A DNA stretch of 64,000 bases, from NCBI GenBank assembly GCA_963835575.1, contig CAWIGG010000004.1, forward strand, positions 608,001-672,000. Reading direction: 5' to 3'. How positions within the stretch are numbered: the stretch's first letter is position 1; the number at the start of each line of letters is the position of its first letter. Positions 61,777 to 64,000 of the stretch are shown here, piece after piece. The translations under genes were made by a program, and so were the position numbers. The notes below the pieces were generated by a model, which saw only the letters and a list, made by a program, of their open reading frames with translations, searched no databases and had not been told where the DNA came from. The stretch comes from an uncultured Spirochaetota bacterium (GTDB taxonomy: Bacteria; Spirochaetota; Brevinematia; Brevinematales; JAOACQ01).

Positions 61777-63003
61777 TTAATGAAATTTACCGAACCTTTC
61801 AACAGCTTCAATAATATTTTCTCTTTTACCAAATCCGGTTAATCTAAAGAAACCTTCTCCGCATTTCCCGAATCCCGAACCCGGTGTACCTACAACATTG
61901 CATTGATTGAGTAATTCATCAAAGAATTGCCATGAGGTAAGTCCCTTTGGCACCTGCAGCCAGAGATATGGTGAATTAATACCGCCGGAATATTTAATAC
62001 CAAGCGCTGTTAAACCCTTTCCTATTATTTTAGCATTTCCGAGATAATAATCAACTATTGCCTTCGCTTCCATCCTTCCCTGATCGGTAAAAACTTGATA
62101 GGCTCCTTTTTGTATGATATAAGCAACACCATTGAATTTTGTAGATTGTCTCCGCAGCCAGAGCTTATTCATTTGATGCATTTTTCCTTTTTTATCCGGC
62201 ACCATCAGTTCATTTGGAATGATTGTATAAGAACAGCGGGTCCCGGTAAAGCCGGCGGTTTTTGAAAGGCTTCTAAACTCTATTGCCACTTCACGCGCTC
62301 CTTCGATTTCAAAAATACTGTGCGGGATATTTTCTTCACGAATATAAGCCTCATAAGCCGCATCATATAAAATAAGAGCTTCATTTTTTTTTGCATAATC
62401 CACCCATAATTTCAGATCTTTTTTATTTATTATCTGGCCGGTCGGATTATTGGGAAAGCAGAGATAAATTAAATCAACGGCTTTTTTTGGCAAATCTGGA
62501 GTAAAGTCATTTTCGGCAGTACATGGTAGATAAACTATATTATCATATTTTCCTTCTTTATAACCGCCGGCTCTGCCCGCCATGACATTGCTGTCAACAT
62601 AAACGGGATAAACCGGGTCAGTAATTGCCAGTTTAGTATCCGATGAAAAAAGCTCCTGAATATTAGCCGTGTCTTCTTTAGCTCCTGTTGATACAAAAAT
62701 CTCATCTGGCGATATAGAAATTCCTCTAGAGATAAAATCTGTTTCACTAATTATCTTTCTTAAAAAAGCATAGCCTTCATAGGGAGGATATCCTTGAAAT
62801 GTTTCTTGTTTTCCCATTTCTTCAACCGCTTCTTTCAATCCTGAAATAACAGCCGGGCTTAGGGGTTCAGTAACATCTCCGATCCCCAGCTTAATAAGTT
62901 TTATACCGGTTTTTTTTTGCTGAAACTCATTCACTCTTTTACCGACCTCAGCGAAAAGATAACTTCCCTGAAGTTCATTAAAATGATTATTGATCCTAAT
63001 CAT
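61777..63003 (-). CDS. dapL: LL-diaminopimelate aminotransferase
   Basis: SYLF, LGIGDVT, CFPNNPTG, SKTAGFTGTR, GTPGSGFG. Confidence 0.96.
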   Translation of the reverse strand: MIRINNHFNELQGSYLFAEVGKRVNEFQQKKTGIKLIKLGIGDVTEPLSPAVISGLKEAVEEMGKQETFQGYPPYEGYAFLRKIISETDFISRGISISPDEIFVSTGAKEDTANIQELFSSDTKLAITDPVYPVYVDSNVMAGRAGGYKEGKYDNIVYLPCTAENDFTPDLPKKAVDLIYLCFPNNPTGQIINKKDLKLWVDYAKKNEALILYDAAYEAYIREENIPHSIFEIEGAREVAIEFRSLSKTAGFTGTRCSYTIIPNELMVPDKKGKMHQMNKLWLRRQSTKFNGVAYIIQKGAYQVFTDQGRMEAKAIVDYYLGNAKIIGKGLTALGIKYSGGINSPYLWLQVPKGLTSWQFFDELLNQCNVVGTPGSGFGKCGEGFFRLTGFGKRENIIEAVERFGKFH

Positions 63004-63230
63004 AAAAAAACCTCACTGTAACTCTGCACTTAGGAATTTATTTTTTTAATAAAAGATTATTATTATAACAGATTTTTAAAAATATTTCAGGGCTTGTTAT
63101 AGTAAAAATAATTTTTATTAAAATATGGCTTTATCAGATGAGACAAACTTAATTCAAATTTGGGTTTCTATTATTCAAAATATAAACTGAGGAAAAACCA
63201 TATATTTTATTTTCCTTTTTTTATAATATT

Positions 63231-63385
63231 TTATTCCAACTCATCCAGAAAATTTAATAAATTTTCCCTTGCTATAACAAAAGAAGGGCCTCCCCCAAAT
63301 TCTACACCTATAGCTGCAGCTTCTATAATCTCCTCTTTTGTCGCTCTTGCCTGTCGGTTTTTATAACATGCTTCATGGACATACG
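63231..63385 (-). pseudogene. 3' remnant of carboxymuconolactone decarboxylase/AhpD-family gene, cut by IS
   Basis: ATKEEIIEAAAIGVEFGGGPS C-terminus; upstream part of the called ORF is antisense IS sequence. Confidence 0.7.
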
Positions 63386-63386
63386 G

Positions 63387-64000
63387 CAGGGTTCCCGTTA
63401 AAATAAAACGGGAGAAAAAGATGGCAAGATTTGAAAAGAACAGCCTGGAGCAGGGTGAGTTCCTCGCGATCAATATAGGCGAGCAGTTTGATGAGAATTC
63501 CAGAGAATTTATACTAAAAGAATTCATCAAAAACCGTATTAAACTGGAGGATTTCGCGGCTTACTATAAGAACGACCATAGAGGCAGAGAGATTAAAAAT
63601 CCTCGGGATGTGATCTGTGCGGTACTCTACGGTTACATTACGGGAAATCGTATCAGCCGAAAGATAGAAGATTTGCTGAAAAAACACATTGGGTTTATGT
63701 ATGTTTCAAACCGGCTGAAAATTGACCATTCGGTAATTTGCGAGTTCAAGGTACTTTTTCAGGAAAAGATCGAGGAGTTGTTCAGCCAGCTTTTATATAT
63801 ACTCAACGAAATGGGGTCTATAGATTGGGACATGGTAGTGGGTGACGGCACAAAGATCAAGGCCTACGCGAGTAAGAATAAGAATGTGGGAAAGAAACAT
63901 ACCCGGAAGCTGATGGACACTTACCAGAAGATGGCGGAAAAGATTGTGAAACAAGACCTGGAACTGGAAGAATCTTACCGGGAAGGCAAGCTGGAGCAGC
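63387..64000 (+). mobile_element. IS1182-family element; transposase from 63421 runs off window
   Basis: Manual translation MARFEKNSLEQGEF...YGY..GNRISRKIE...IDHSVICEF...GDGTKIKAYASK; left boundary approximate. Confidence 0.88.

Noticed and set aside
63231..63530. 99-aa minus ORF as an intact gene
   Set aside because: Chimera of antisense IS1182 sequence and the CMD remnant
1..64000. CRISPR array, DGR, retron, prophage, tRNA-anchored island
   Set aside because: No regularly spaced repeats, no intact RT or TR/VR pair noticed, no phage genes, no integrase or duplicated tRNA 3' ends

Overview
Bacterial chromosome segment, most likely a spirochaete (spiro-SPASM protein beside obgE, DUF5312-like protein). 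The T/S-N-rich exported proteins suggest Brevinematales-like, which is inference. It is mostly housekeeping: pheST, leuCD, ilvBN, galT-glf-hemW, recA-argJ, obgE-proB, dapL, split fumarate hydratase subunits, tRNA-Thr(CGT) and tRNA-Val(TAC). The mobile load is heavy: complete IS66 and IS1380 elements with TSDs, two IS1182-like elements (one cut by the window end and truncating a CMD gene), a class IIC group II intron whose RT ORF has a large in-frame deletion, a 170-bp MITE nested in a REP-like palindrome, and several REP-like repeats. Best leads: (1) the mini group IIC intron; (2) a stand-alone, catalytically degenerate HypF paralogue; (3) a TTAAC-N5-GTTAA operator shared by an XRE-cupin regulator gene and leuCD; (4) a T7-tract frameshift cutting a signal peptide off an ankyrin protein; (5) apparent [ST]N enrichment in exported proteins; (6) an unannotated 59-aa Cys-rich protein; (7) a structured non-coding region at about 22 kb. 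No CRISPR array, rRNA or prophage was seen. All family assignments come from motif recognition by eye, not database searches.
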